64,000 bases of DNA, from assembly GCF_009914755.1 (NCBI RefSeq), contig NC_060932.1, one strand, 5' to 3'. This DNA comes from the human T2T-CHM13v2.0 reference genome, Homo sapiens. This document shows, piece after piece, positions 1 through 21,965 of this stretch; within the stretch, counting starts at the first letter, position 1, and each line of letters begins with the position of its first letter. A program made the position numbers and the translations under genes. The notes beneath the pieces were generated by a model that saw nothing but the letters and a program-made list of their open reading frames with translations, was not told the origin of the DNA and made no database searches.

Positions 1-112
1 CCAGTATCGCAATGTTGTCCAAGCTAGTCTTGAATTCCTGGCCTCAAGCCAACCTCCTGCCTTTTGCCTCCTAAAGGTCTGGGATTGCAGGTGTGTACCA
101 CCACACTCAGAC
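1..112 (-). mobile_element. Alu/FLAM fragment
   Basis: Degenerate Alu left-arm sequence. Confidence 0.75.
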
Positions 113-1619
113 TTATATGTCTGTGTCTTTATACTGACTTTTGACAAAATAAAAGCCACCAACATAATATTAAATTACAATTCTGTTGCTGTAGTAAAAG
201 AATCATCTGGGCCAGTTGAAAAAACTGTACTCCTTTGGGGCCCAGAAATTTGCATTTGTAATAAGCCACCAATTGACAGTGATACAAATGGTCCAGGAAC
301 GCATTTTTACACTGAGAGAATGGATGGTTAACAACAGTCCTTAGCATTTTAGGTTTAGATATCAAATGTTAAGGTATACCATTTGTAATAGACATTTTCA
401 CCATTTTTGAAAACTGAAGCAGGGTTAATCTACTTCTATAAGCTGGGAAGACTTCTGTGGTATAAAACCAGAACACTTCTGGTAAAACTTTTCTTCAACA
501 CTCAGGAAAATATTAAAAGCATGGGTTGCTTTATATGCCACTAGAGTAGATATTAGTCTCACTCTAAAAAGAAGAAATTCATACTCAATGGATTAAAACC
601 TTTTAAAATCATGGGATAAAACATGGGAAAACAAATTTACTAGTCTTTTGGTAGAGATGCACTTTACTCAAAACATTAAAGAGCCAAAGACATCACTGTG
701 TTAATACAACCATATGTAATATAAGGTCATATATATGGTCCTGAATTGCTGCAACCCAACATATTTGGAAACATCTGATTTGTAGCAACACGATTTTCAA
801 GATTGGTCTTTATTTTCAAATACATCAGGAAAAAATATTCTTAAGGGGAGTGCTTCTTTGTGGTCATAGTCATCTCATACTTCTTAAAAACACTAGTAAA
901 AATAAGTAGGGGAGTCTGCCATATAAATGTTGCATTCCTACAGATTTAGTAGTAACTTGACCACACACAGAGAAAATGTGGTGTTGGCTGAAGACTGAGG
1001 GATAGAGGCAGGGTCCTTTTTCTCTTTACTAGTTATCGAATCTAGTTACTAGTTACTGAATCCTAAATTCAAGTCAACTCTCAGTGAGAGAAACTTGAAC
1101 TATCATAGATTTTTTAATACTCTAATATATTGTGACTAAAAAACAAAGGTGGGATCTACCATAGACATATAAATAGCACCCTGCTGGATTCAGGTAACTT
1201 TGGATCTAGTTCCCTTTAGATGGTTTTCATACTGCAGTAAAGGTCATAGAAGTCTGAATCCAGTTCACCTTAATTCTCTAGGTCCTTTAGTCTAGATACT
1301 AAGTGCAGGATTTCTTTTTAGGGAAAACTTTGTACTTCAGAATAGCATCCATGAAATAATATGAATTTGAAAATTCCTATTTTTAAACCTAAGTGAGCAA
1401 TAAATAAGCATGTACCTTTCGTTGTTTCCAATTCCTGATAGCTTTTGCAGGATAAAAATTCTAGGGCAAAAATGCTTATTCCACTGAACTAAAAAGTTGG
1501 AACCCATCCATTGCATACTATCAGTATTTTGACATTAAAAATTTAAATTTTTACCAAACTAATAAATAGACGTAATTTAAATATTAAATAGTAACAGCAG
1601 GAAAAACATTTCTCCATTC

Positions 1620-2990
<1,371 letters not shown>

Positions 2991-3002
2991 TTTTTCTTTT
3001 CC

Positions 3003-3304
3003 TTTTTTTTTCCCTTTGAGACAAAGTTCCACTCTGTTGCCCAGGTAGGAGTGCAGTGGCATGATCACAGCTCGCTGTAGCCTCAACCTTCCAGGCTCAA
3101 GGGATCCTCCCACCTTAGCCCCCACAGTAGCTGGGATTACAAGAGCGCCATCATGCCCACCTAATTTTTTTTTTTTTTAATTTTAGTAGAGAGGAGGTCT
3201 CACTATGTTGCCCAGGCTTCTTGTGAACTTCTGAGCTCAAGTGATCCTCCTGCCTGACCCTCCCAAAGTGCTGGAATTACAGGTGTGAGCTACCATGCCT
3301 AGCC
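3003..3304 (-). mobile_element. AluJ-like
   Basis: Dimeric Alu with poly-T end. Confidence 0.88.
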
Positions 3305-3725
3305 TCTTTTACTATTATTTGAATATATACCTCTATATACTTATTATTTTTTATTGGGTCTGGGAAAGGAGTAGCAATAATAATAAGCATTATTTCAAAG
3401 AATAATGCTTAATGTTTTAAAAAACTGTACATAATGTTAATGGCTTTTAATGTGGATTGTTGGGGATTCAGAATGTTTAAAATTTAGCATTATGAGTAAT
3501 TTCTCTGGATAAAACTGGTAACAAGCACTTTGTTGATAATTTAATGTTATATCATCCAATAATGGACAAAATAAGCATAAGCAGCACATAAAATAGAGTC
3601 CTCATTTACTACTGTTGACCTTCCTTTTTCAGACACCTCTTTTGGCTGATAAACACTACTCCCCCAGTGATTGTCCTGTGCTTGATTCAATCTTTCTAAT
3701 CTTTGGCAGCTTCTTTTCCTATATA

Positions 3726-4072
3726 CGGTAGTCCTCCCTTAACTGTTGGGGATACATTCCAAGATCCCCAGTGGATACCTGAAACTGCATACCAAATAGC
3801 ATCAAACCTTATATATACATTGCTGTTTTTTTCCTATACATACATATATACATACCTATGATAAAGTTTAATTTATAAATTAGGCAGAGTAAGAGATTAA
3901 CAATAATAAAGTAGAACAATTAAAACAGTATCCTGTAATAAAAGTTATGTGAATGTGGTCTCTCTCTCTCTCAAGATATCTTATTGTTCTGTACTTAGCT
4001 ATTTTTGGACCCAGTTGACTGTGGGTAACTGAAATTGCAGAAAGTGAAACTGCAGATAACTGGGGACTACTG
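3726..4072. mobile_element. MER2 (TcMar-Tigger) DNA transposon
   Basis: Terminal inverted repeats CGGTAGTCCTCCCTTA...TAACTGGGGACTACTG with flanking TA; recalled MER2 internal sequence. Confidence 0.85.
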
Positions 4073-4579
4073 TATCCACCCCAAGGTTGTCTACACACAC
4101 TCACCCATTGCTTCAATTGCAACCTCAGTGCTGATGACTTCCCAATCTCTATCTCTAACCCAGACCTCTATCATAAACTCCTCACTGTAGACTAGTTCTC
4201 ACTAGTTCCCAGTGGTCATCTACTTCCCCATTAGATTCTATGAGACAGCTCAGGCCTTTAATTTTCATTAAAATGTTTTATTATTTATACTTTAAATAGG
4301 CAATACATTCAAATAATTCAATTCCTAAAGATATAAATGGGTATACTGTAAAATTTCCGGTCCTATCCTCCATCCCTTAGCCACTTAAAAGTTCTCCTCC
4401 TGGGAGGGAACCAATGTTATTGGTCTTTTAATATTTTTGATATCTTTCCAGAGATACATTCTGCATACACAAGTAAGTCCACTTTTATGTGCCCCCTCCC
4501 CCACTAGTCACTTTAATTCCAAATTTGTTTTAAAAGGCACCAATGCAGGTGGAACCAAGACTTTCACAACCAATATTTC

Positions 4580-9939
<5,360 letters not shown>

Positions 9940-9988
9940 CCAATATTTCAAATACTGAACATATATCCCCTAACAAAACACAAGTATT

Positions 9989-10125
9989 GGCTGGGTGTGG
10001 TGGCTCGTGCCTATAATCCTAGTACTTTGGGAGGCTGATGCTGGTGGATAGCTTGAGTCTAGGAGTTCTAGAGCAGCCTGGGCAACATGGCAAACCCCAT
10101 CTCTATTTTTTAAAATAAAAGTTAA
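9989..10125 (+). mobile_element. FLAM (Alu monomer)
   Basis: Left-arm-only Alu with A-rich tail. Confidence 0.8.
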
Positions 10126-10569
10126 AGCAAAAGTATCCTTCCAAGCACCCCCAAAAATAGAATAGGAGGGAAAGACTGATAATAATGAGAGTTTTCCTTC
10201 TCCAACATTCCCTGAAAATTGGCGGCAGGTCTCATTTTGATGTGTTGTGTTTATAAGCACAGACTTTGGAGGGGGCACTGATAAACAGCACTGGCAGAAA
10301 TAAGACTATCTGCCCTTGATTCTTTTCACATGTTCTCCAGGATTCTACCTTCCCTGCTACCAGCCACTTCACTAACTTTTTCTGGAGAGATGACTTCAAA
10401 ATACTCAAAGTCGCAAGATAAATACACAGAAACGATTAACGTTGCACAGAGTTGACCCAGTCATTCTGTAAATTGCTGCAGAAAAATTGGATTTATTTAT
10501 TATATATTTTACACAAATTAGAAAGAAAGCAAAGTTATTTAGTAAGGTAACTATATTTGTCCAGAATCT

Positions 10570-11385
<816 letters not shown>

Positions 11386-13075
11386 CTCCAGTTCCATATA
11401 TCTGAGTGCCTACTAGGTATCTCCCTTTGGATGTTTCCTGGTACTTCAAACTTGTATCTGTAGTAAAATGCATCTTTCTTCTCTTCTGTACTCTACCTGT
11501 CCCATTTCCTCTATTCTCTCAATCTGGTTACCAACATCTACCCAGCCGCCCAAGCCAGAAATCTATAGCTCTTCTAGACTTCTCTCTTTCTGCCTGATCC
11601 CCCATCTCTCAATATCTAATAGGTTTCTAAGTGCTATTCCTCTTCTTAAATATTTATCCTATCTCTTATCCCTTATTCTAGTATCCTTGGTACCTCTTCT
11701 GTTTTTTTCCTTCCCCCACTATACTGAAAAGACCAAATCTCAGAGTGCTTATGCTCCCCACTGCCTCTGTTCAATGGGGTCCCTGTCCCCTTCTGATAAA
11801 ACTTCTCGTCCCAGATGATTGGTCCAGAGCAGTCAGCATAAAGGCTGGTCAGTAACATATAAGAAAGTGTGGCAAGAAAATTCTCTCAAACAGAGAACAA
11901 ACACACCAATCAGATTGTTTTCTATGAGGAGATCAGTACCCGAGATACAAAGAGGGCTACTCAGTTGCCAAACAGAGGCTGAAGATATGCAGAGAGAAGG
12001 CAGAGGTGACGACAAGCAGGCTTCGGAAACTCTTGAATAAACAGAAAATGAGTCAGCCAAAACTTCCGGGTGTTCTGAACGGAAGGTAAAGTGATTGTCT
12101 GAAGTAATGGAAATGAATAGAGGAATGAAATCACCATAATAGAAGAGGGCCAACTCTTGCTGTGAGGATACAACTAAATAACACTAGAATTGCCCCAGAA
12201 CCTGAACTGCTTTCCAATTCCTAAAGTATATATACTCCAATCTGTATGAAGCATGGCTGGATGACAATACGTTGCTTTCTGTGTGAATTCTGTGTTCCCA
12301 TGAGATTCTTGTTATCCCTATGGCCTCAACACACAATACCATAAATTCTAGTTGTATAAATTAGTTCCCCAACCAAATGATGCTCTGCCATATCTGTTTA
12401 TATGCATACACGATTTCCTCCAGTTAGAACAATTCCTCTCGTCTCCCATACAAATACCCCTAACTTCGTCTGCCTACCATGTACTCATCTTTTAAGACTG
12501 AGCTCAGGGTCCTCTAAGCAGCTTTCTATAACTCAGCCAGGTTAGCTCCTCTTCCTTTACTCTAGCACATGGTAATTGTATGTCTTCATAACTAAAATAT
12601 GAGCTTCTTTTGTTTACCTTTGTATCCCCAGGGTCTGGCCCAGTACCCAGGACAAAGCAGACATTTAATGAATGCCATTGTTTTGGTTAAAGCTCTCAGT
12701 TGCTAGACTCTTTCCATAAACAATAAATGTACTAGCCTTCCATTATCACCCCTCTTCCAATATATCTAATTGCAGCCTGCAGTATCTGAAGTGGGCCACA
12801 GTACTATAAAAAGACAATAATTCCATGGCTTTTACGTAAGATTTCCTCAGCTCAGAATGCCCTTCTCACCCCTGTTCCCCAATTTCCTCCAAGAATAGAA
12901 GTAGGAAGCCCAGAATTGATTGCACTAGTTCAGGCAAGAGAGGACCATGGCCTGGACTAAGGAGTATTGGTGGGGTAAGAGGTAGTGATACATTCTGGAG
13001 GTGGAATAGGCATTACATACTTGGTGAAGATTTGGTTATAAGAGGAGGAAGAGAGGCATATCAAGAATGAATCCT

Positions 13076-13312
<237 letters not shown>

Positions 13313-13326
13313 AAGAATAAATCCTT

Positions 13327-13540
13327 TGGCCTCAGCCTTGGCTGCACTGTTGGCTTCCCTGGTTTTGAGGCTTTTGGACTTGGACCGAGCCAGGCTACCG
13401 GCTTCTCATTTCCCCAGCTTGCAGATAGCCTATTGTGGGATTTTGTCTTGTAACTGTGTAAGCCAATTCTCCCTAATAACCTCCCTTTTATATATACAGT
13501 AATATTATTATTGGTTCTGCCCCTCTGGAGAACCCTAACA
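13327..13540 (+). mobile_element. MLT2-type (ERVL) LTR 3' fragment
   Basis: CCAGCTTGCAGATAGCCTATTGTGGG...ATTGGTTCTGCCCCTCTGGAGAACCCTAA. Confidence 0.75.
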
Positions 13541-13544
13541 CAGT

Positions 13545-14397
13545 ATCATTAAGTGACATCAAGTACATTGACAGTGTTTTGCAATCACCATTACCACCTA
13601 TCCCCAGAACTCTTTTCATCTACCCAAACTGCAAAACTTCTTACATGAAACACTATTTTCCCATTTCCCCTTCCTCCTATTCCCTGGTATCCACCATTCT
13701 TCTTTCTGTCTGTATGAATTTGACTACTCTACGCACCTCCTATAAGTACTATTGTATAGTATTTATCCTTTTGTGACAGGCTAATATCACTTAGCATAAT
13801 GTCTTCAAGGTTCATCTATGTTGTAGCCCACGTCAGAATTTCCCTCCTTTTTAAGAAGAACTAATATTCTGCTGTATGTGTATACCACATTTTATTTATC
13901 CAGTCATCCTTCAATGGACATTTAGGTTGCTTCCATCTTTTGGCTATTGTGAATAAAGTTGCTGTGAACATGGATGTACGAATGTCTGTTTAAGTCCCTG
14001 CTTTTAATTTTTTGGGTATATAGTCAGAAGATAAATTGCTGATCATATGGTAATTCTAAAGGTTTTTTTGAGGAAGTATCATACTGTTTTCCATAGTGGC
14101 TACACTATTTTATGTTCCTGTCAGCAATGCACAAGGGTTCTAATTCCTCCACATTCTTGCCAACACTTGTTATTTTCTGTTTTTTTTTTTTAATTTTTAA
14201 TTTTTAGTAACAGCTATCGTAATGGGCCTGAAGTGGTATCTCAGGGTTTTAACATTTATCTAATGATGAGTGATGACGAATATCTTTTCATGTGCTTATA
14301 GGCCACTTGTATATCTTTTTTGGAGAAATGTCTACTCAAGTTCTTTGTCTATTTTTCAATCAGGTTGCTTTTGTTTTTGAGTTTATAAGTTATTTTG
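13545..14397 (-). mobile_element. L1MB/L1MC 3'-end fragment
   Basis: Typical old L1 3'UTR/ORF2-end sequence (TTCAAGGTTCATCTATGTTGTAGC...TTGGAGAAATGTCTA). Confidence 0.75.
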
Positions 14398-14544
14398 TAA
14401 TAAGAACCAGTTCTAGGAATACAGGTCTAGGTCTTCAAAGCATGAGAATAAGTGTATTAGGATGGCATGAAAATGCTAGGGACCTTGGGAAAAGAGGCAG
14501 AAAGAGGTGAAGCTGCCAAAGGAAATTAAAAAAATTTTAAGTCT

Positions 14545-14858
14545 GGCTGGGTGTGGTAGCTCATGCCTATCATCCCAGCATGCTGGGAGGCTGAGGCAGG
14601 GGGACTGCTTGAGCCCAGGAGTTCAAGACCAGCCTAGGCAACATAGTGAGATTCTGTCTGTATAAAAAATAAAAACATCAGCCAGGTGTGGTGCTATGTG
14701 CCTGTAGTCCCAGCTATTCAGGAGGCTGAGGTGGGAGGATTGCTTGAACCTGGGAGGTAGAGACTGCAGTGAGCGGAGATTGTGCAATTGCACTCCAGCC
14801 TGGGTGACAGAGAGAGAGAGACACTGTCTCAAAAGCAAACAAATAAAACAAAAAAAAA
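14545..14858 (+). mobile_element. AluJ-like
   Basis: Dimeric Alu; TSD-like AAAATTTTAAGTCT. Confidence 0.88.
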
Positions 14859-15169
14859 TTTTTAAGTCTCAATCTTTAGGGAAGAGTAAACAAAATACAC
14901 TCAGGATTCTGGGCTTATTTTAGTATTGTAGTTTGAGAACTGTATAAGTTAAGTAAGCATTGGTGGACTACCTTGTGAACCTAACCACTATATAAGAACA
15001 CTACTTATATAAAAATATAAAAAATGCCCTATCTTATAATCCTTTAATTTAAATGTAAACTTTTGGTACCTAATTCATGTATAAGCTGATGACTATTTAC
15101 ATACTAAGATTTAAACTTGGAAAGTATGTTGGTTGCATTAATGGATTACAGAAATAATTATTTATCATA

Positions 15170-15766
15170 TAATACTTTAAATTGGGAATTTAATATTTTT
15201 CAATCACCAAAAATTCATTTGCATGAATCATTTGTGGTATACCAGAATAAGAAAATACACATGATACAGAGTTATGGAACCAATAGATAGTCATGATATA
15301 GTTGATAGAAACATCAAGACAAAGCAATTATGTACAGATAGAGACAAGGGTTGAGGAAAGAGTAAAGGTGCATAGAAATCTGTGCTGTTAAATAAAGTAG
15401 CTATAGAAAACAGTATAACTGATCACTAGTAATAGATAACTAACGGCCAAAAATAATATCAACTTTAAATTAGATAAATTTTATTATTTTTAAAGTAATC
15501 ATTTTATTTAATCTATTGAAAACTGATAAACTATTAGATTATGAATTTTTGGTAAAACGTTAGAAGACAAGGTTAGAGAAATAACCTATCATATGGTTGT
15601 ATAGTGTAATTTACATATTTTAGCATAAATATAACATTATTTTAAAGTATATCTAGGGTTATTTTTAATGTTTTATACTTTTATATTCTCTATAAAATAA
15701 CCTATAGTTAAGAAAACATACCATTCTCTCAAAGCAAAATAAAACAAAGCTTTCTTTAATCTGAAA
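15170..15766 (-). other. LACTB2: LACTB2 3'UTR (approximate) with candidate poly(A) signals
   Basis: AT-rich sequence after the stop; minus-strand AATAAA at 15503-15508 and 15480-15485, ATTAAA at 15189-15194; the true end cannot be determined from sequence. Confidence 0.6.
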
Positions 15767-15810
15767 CTAAAGATGAGCTTTCCATTTCTTGTCAGGATCT
15801 GTGTTGCTAA
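15767..15810 (-). CDS. LACTB2: LACTB2 exon 7 coding part (FSNTDPDKKWKAHL*)
   Basis: Acceptor tttttacag|TT, TAG at 15769-15767; total CDS 867 nt. Confidence 0.96.
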
Positions 15811-16454
15811 CTGTAAAAAGAAAATCAGAGAGTAAAAATTTAACAATAGATAAGTAAATGCACTGAATTTTAAGTTACCTTGTGGCTAGAAAAAGCATTC
15901 ATTCTTAAAATAATTTTGTTGCTCAATATAAAGTTGGGTATTTTTGGTACATGTAAAAACATTGCTAAGGCTTCTACATCAAATTCAAGCTTAGAATTCT
16001 GGATTTTAAGGATTACATTTCTATAAAGATTATTAGTTTGACAAACTAACACTAGAAAATAATTACATAATTACTGCTTTGACATCTCTAAGTTTACTAC
16101 CTTTACCACTGTTTAAAACCTTTGGCTGTTCCCAAATCTACCACATGTGAAATTCTTCGTGGTTTTTGGGTCTGGGAGAAGAAAAGTTATCTTCCTGCTA
16201 CATGTCTTTGATTGCCATTCTGGTGGGTAAGGATTGGAATTCCAACTGAGATTCTAATTCCCCTGGGAGCTTTTGGTTCCAGCTTGTGGTCCACTGGCCC
16301 TGTGCTACTGACCTTCCTAGCGCCTGTCTCTCCAACTTAAAGTGATATTCATGGGAGAACTCTGATGGGTATTATTTTTCCTCAAAGGAAACTAAGGCAT
16401 CTGTAAAAATATTTTAAATGCTGGTAATAGAAGAAAATTTGGAAGCATACTCAC

Positions 16455-16536
16455 ATATTTTTCCTTCTTTTTCTAGTTTTTTCAAATGAAGTAAGAGATT
16501 ATGTTTAGCCATTTCATGTAAATTCTCAGGAGTATT
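16455..16536 (-). CDS. LACTB2: LACTB2 exon 6 ([27 protein letters not shown])
   Basis: Acceptor ttttcttttag|AAT, donor T|GTGAGT, 82 nt, in phase. Confidence 0.96.
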
Positions 16537-16651
16537 CTAAAAGAAAAATGAAGGTGAAAAAAATTCCTTTTTTTTTTAAAAAAAAGAACACAGTTAATTT
16601 TTTGAAAGCTTTGAAGAAAAGCAAAATGTAGCAAAAGTTTATCTTAAACAC

Positions 16652-17447
<796 letters not shown>

Positions 17448-17589
17448 TTATGAATGAATAAATGTAAAATTATTCTTAGAAAGTTTTCATGATGCTACAG
17501 ACAGTTGGCCCTGTAATTTATTTATTAGGTTACAGGGTAATATCTTTGTATATTTTAATTTAAATTTAATTTTTTTAAAAAAGTTTTTG

Positions 17590-17880
<291 letters not shown>

Positions 17881-17887
17881 AGTTTTT

Positions 17888-18168
17888 GAGATACAGTCTT
17901 GCACTGTCACCTAGGCTGGTGTGCAACGGTGCGATGTAGGCTCACTGCAGCCTTGACTTCCCAGGCTCATGTGATCCTCCCATCTCAACCACCCGAGCAG
18001 CTGGGATCACAGGCATGTTCCATGACACCTGGCTCATTTAAAAAATTTCTTGTAGAGATGAGGTCTCACTATGTTGCCCAAGCTTGTCTCGGACTCCTGG
18101 GCTGAAGCAAACCTCCCACTTAGCCTCCCAAAATACTGGGATTACAGGGGTGAGCCACCACGCCTGGC
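17888..18168 (-). mobile_element. AluJ-like
   Basis: Degenerate dimeric Alu. Confidence 0.85.
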
Positions 18169-18810
18169 CACAAAAGCTTACATTTTTAACCTCTAAGCTA
18201 TGCTGCCTACACAGCAGACATCTAATAAACATTTGCTGAAAAACTGAATTATACTGACTGCTATATAGTGCTGTCAATACAGTGATATTCTCAGAGGCCA
18301 GTGAGGTGTAAGGCTCTTTCCCTACATACTATTTTACTCATGTTCTTTGATTTTTTTTTTCTTTTTCTCCATTGTTTGGCATTGCTACTACTTCTCACTG
18401 CTTTGCTACTACTTCTCACTGTTAACATTCCAATATTTGTGTCTAGCAGGTCACCCCTCCTCTCTTGGTGCAGGCTGGGACACAAGATAATCAAGATGGC
18501 TAGAATAATGCAAAAATTATTACAAAATGTAATCATCAGGCTGTTGGTAGTTTCTCCTACATAGTTAGGCAGTTTCTCCTACATAGTTAAGTATATAAAG
18601 TTCAATGATGGCTCGAAATGGCTATCTTTGTTCTCTAAGGCCAGTTTTTGTTTAATTTTAGCACTGTAGAAAGTTTAGGCTGCTGGTCTCAAATCTAGAA
18701 AAGTGGCGTAACTTCTGATCTGGGATATAAGTTTATCATTTCTATAGTCTACTAAATAGATAATTCTAATAAATTTGTGGCTACATACAAATAAGAAAAC
18801 TGAAAATTAC

Positions 18811-18959
18811 CTTGTAAATAATTTTTACAAGCTCCATTACTGTAAATGATTTCTCAAAGTTCTCACGAAATAATGTAAGAATTTGCTGCTCTCGAGTATT
18901 TCTGTGAGAAATGTATTGTTGAATTTTAGCTTCAGCATTATGAATTACTGGGCCATGTC
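18811..18959 (-). CDS. LACTB2: LACTB2 exon 5 ([50 protein letters not shown])
   Basis: Acceptor ttcag|GA, donor AAG|GTAATT, 149 nt; PGHG motif (H199). Confidence 0.96.
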
Positions 18960-20413
18960 CTGAATTAAAATAATTATAAGAGTTACTTCAGTCAGATAAA
19001 AAAATACTAAGTACAACAGAAGCTAACTCACTCTATTTAAAAATAATTCATATGATATATTGAAAAAGCATACTAAATGTCAAATATGAACTATTTGGAA
19101 AGCTATACAGGTGAAAGAGATTTAAAAATTATATACAATACCCCCCAATTAGAAAATTATAGCAAATACAATCTATAGAAAATATTGTGTACATTAAAAA
19201 TATGGAATAGAAATTTAACAATAAAACACAGCAATAAAAATAGCAACTACAATAATAACAATAGGTAATGTTTATGGAGTGCTCACTATGTGCTAGGCAC
19301 TGCCCTAAATGCTTAACATACATTATTCTTACAAGAATCCCATGAAGTAGGTACAATTATTACACATTTCTTATGGTAGAAACTGAGACATACGGAGGGT
19401 AAATAATCCGTCCACAGTTACATAGCTAAGAAGGGGTGGAGTTAGGATTCTGACAGGATCTCTTAACCACTCTGTGCTCTTGACCATTAGGCTAAGCTTA
19501 TAAAATACTGCAAAAGGACAATGTAAAAAGCAGTTTCATGTACATGACCAAGCTCTATTAAAAATTCACAAGACCCACAGTAAAACTTTAAGAATCCTAT
19601 GTATAGGCTTCTGTATGTCAGAAATTTTGACAACCCAGATTAAGTTATACTATAATTTACTTCCCCTTTAAGACAGTACACATTAATATTATATATTATA
19701 TAAGTCTGCAAGAATGATGTTCTTAAATATTTGAGAACAAAATATCCAGAAGCAGGCTAACCTATTACGGGATCTGGTTAGACACAGACCTATCATTTAT
19801 TTGCTGTGTGGCTAATAAATGAGGAAGTATCTGAATCTCTCTAAGCTGTTTCTTCTGCTGTGTGGTGAGGAAACCACTACCTACTTTACATGGGTTTTGG
19901 TGAGGATGACAACTGTAAAGGCCCCTGCACAAAACCTGATGGCTAGAAGACTTTAATATATGGTAGCTATGGCTACAGAGCATAATTTACATATAAACAA
20001 CTGCTGTGCTAGTAAGCCAGTTCACTGGATTCACTAAAGCACTCTAGAATCTTTACTAGGTAGCCTCTCATTAGCTTAGCTTGAATGTGAATTCACTCAA
20101 CGTCTGCCCTCTTCGCTTTAAAAATAGCTGTCTTTAGCAAAAACAAAGCAAAACAAACAAACAAACCCCCCCAAAGCTATCAGCCCGCAATCCTTTAATG
20201 TCATCATATAAATCTAAATGCCCAGCTCTACCGTATGTTTTCTATTCCCCCAGCAGTAGGAACTCATCGCAGAGTGTAAATGTGTTGAAGATACTGGATG
20301 GACGGATCTTTCAATGGCTTGGTTAATCGCAAGTTAGAAGAACTTAGGAAGTTAAGTGACCTAGTCCCTTTTTCCTTTTGGGCCTTTTTATTGGGTCCTG
20401 TGTCTTTCTTAGC

Positions 20414-20692
20414 TTTTTTTTTTTTTTTTTGAGAAGGAGTCTCACTCTGTTGCGTGATCTCTGCTCACTACAACCTCTGCCTCCCAGGTTCAAGTGATTT
20501 TCCTGCCTCAGCCTCTTGAGAAGCTGGGATTACAGGTGCCCACCAAGACGCTTGGCTAATTTTTGTATTTTTAGTAGGGATGGGGTTTTGCCATGTTGGC
20601 CAGGCTGGTCTTGAAGTCCTGACCTCAGGTGATCTGCCTGCCTTGGCCTCCCAAAGAGCTGGGATTACAGGCGTGAGCCACTGCGCCTGGCC
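20414..20692 (-). mobile_element. AluS-like with ~20 bp internal deletion
   Basis: TSD TTTCTTAGCT. Confidence 0.88.
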
Positions 20693-21117
20693 ATTTCTTA
20701 GCTCTTCAGATGAAGGAGAGATTGATATTGTAGAACAGTCTAGTGAGATCTGAGACACTAACATGTTTCTTTTTCTGGAGAATGGAAATAAAGATACCAT
20801 TTTATAGTTGATATAGAAGCTATTGGTATTTCAATATTGTAAATTAAAAAAACTAAAGCTCAGAGGTCAAACATTACCCAAAGTTACACAGCTAAAATGT
20901 GGTCCAAATAAAAATCAAGTTAACAAAAATAACAGTGGTTTATGGAATGAAAACATTTTCCCATTTCAATGTAAGTTTATGTCTTTTTAACAGTTCTATT
21001 AATAACTGTATGTTGAAAAATAACCCTCATATCTTTATCAAAAGTTATTAATATGGCTCTTGGCCTTCTCTTTAAGTTTAACTGCACAGCTAGACAGGAC
21101 TTAGGGGTGTATTTTCC

Positions 21118-21713
<596 letters not shown>

Positions 21714-21817
21714 TTATATGTTATCTCTTCAAGGCCAAATACATACAGAGACAAGCCAAAATGAACCTTCCTCATCATTTGACACAAATGGTTTGCTAGG
21801 TTTGAAAAACTACCCAC

Positions 21818-21952
21818 TTTGGCATGCCTGTATACCCAGCGCTTTGGGAGGTTGAGGTGGGAGGACTGCTTGAGGTCAGGAGTTTGAGAACAGCCTGGAA
21901 AACATAGCAAGACCTTGTCTCTATTTAAAAACATAAAAATATAAAAAAATTT
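21818..21952 (+). mobile_element. FLAM inserted at the LACTB2 exon 4 donor
   Basis: TSD AAAAA(C/T)TACCCAC 21805-21817 / 21953-21965. Confidence 0.85.
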
Positions 21953-21965
21953 AAAAATTACCCAC

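Noticed and set aside
18301-18564. Hydrophobic 87-aa ORF resembling a membrane peptide
   Set aside because: Hydrophobicity comes from a poly-T run and the 21-bp tandem duplication; GTG start
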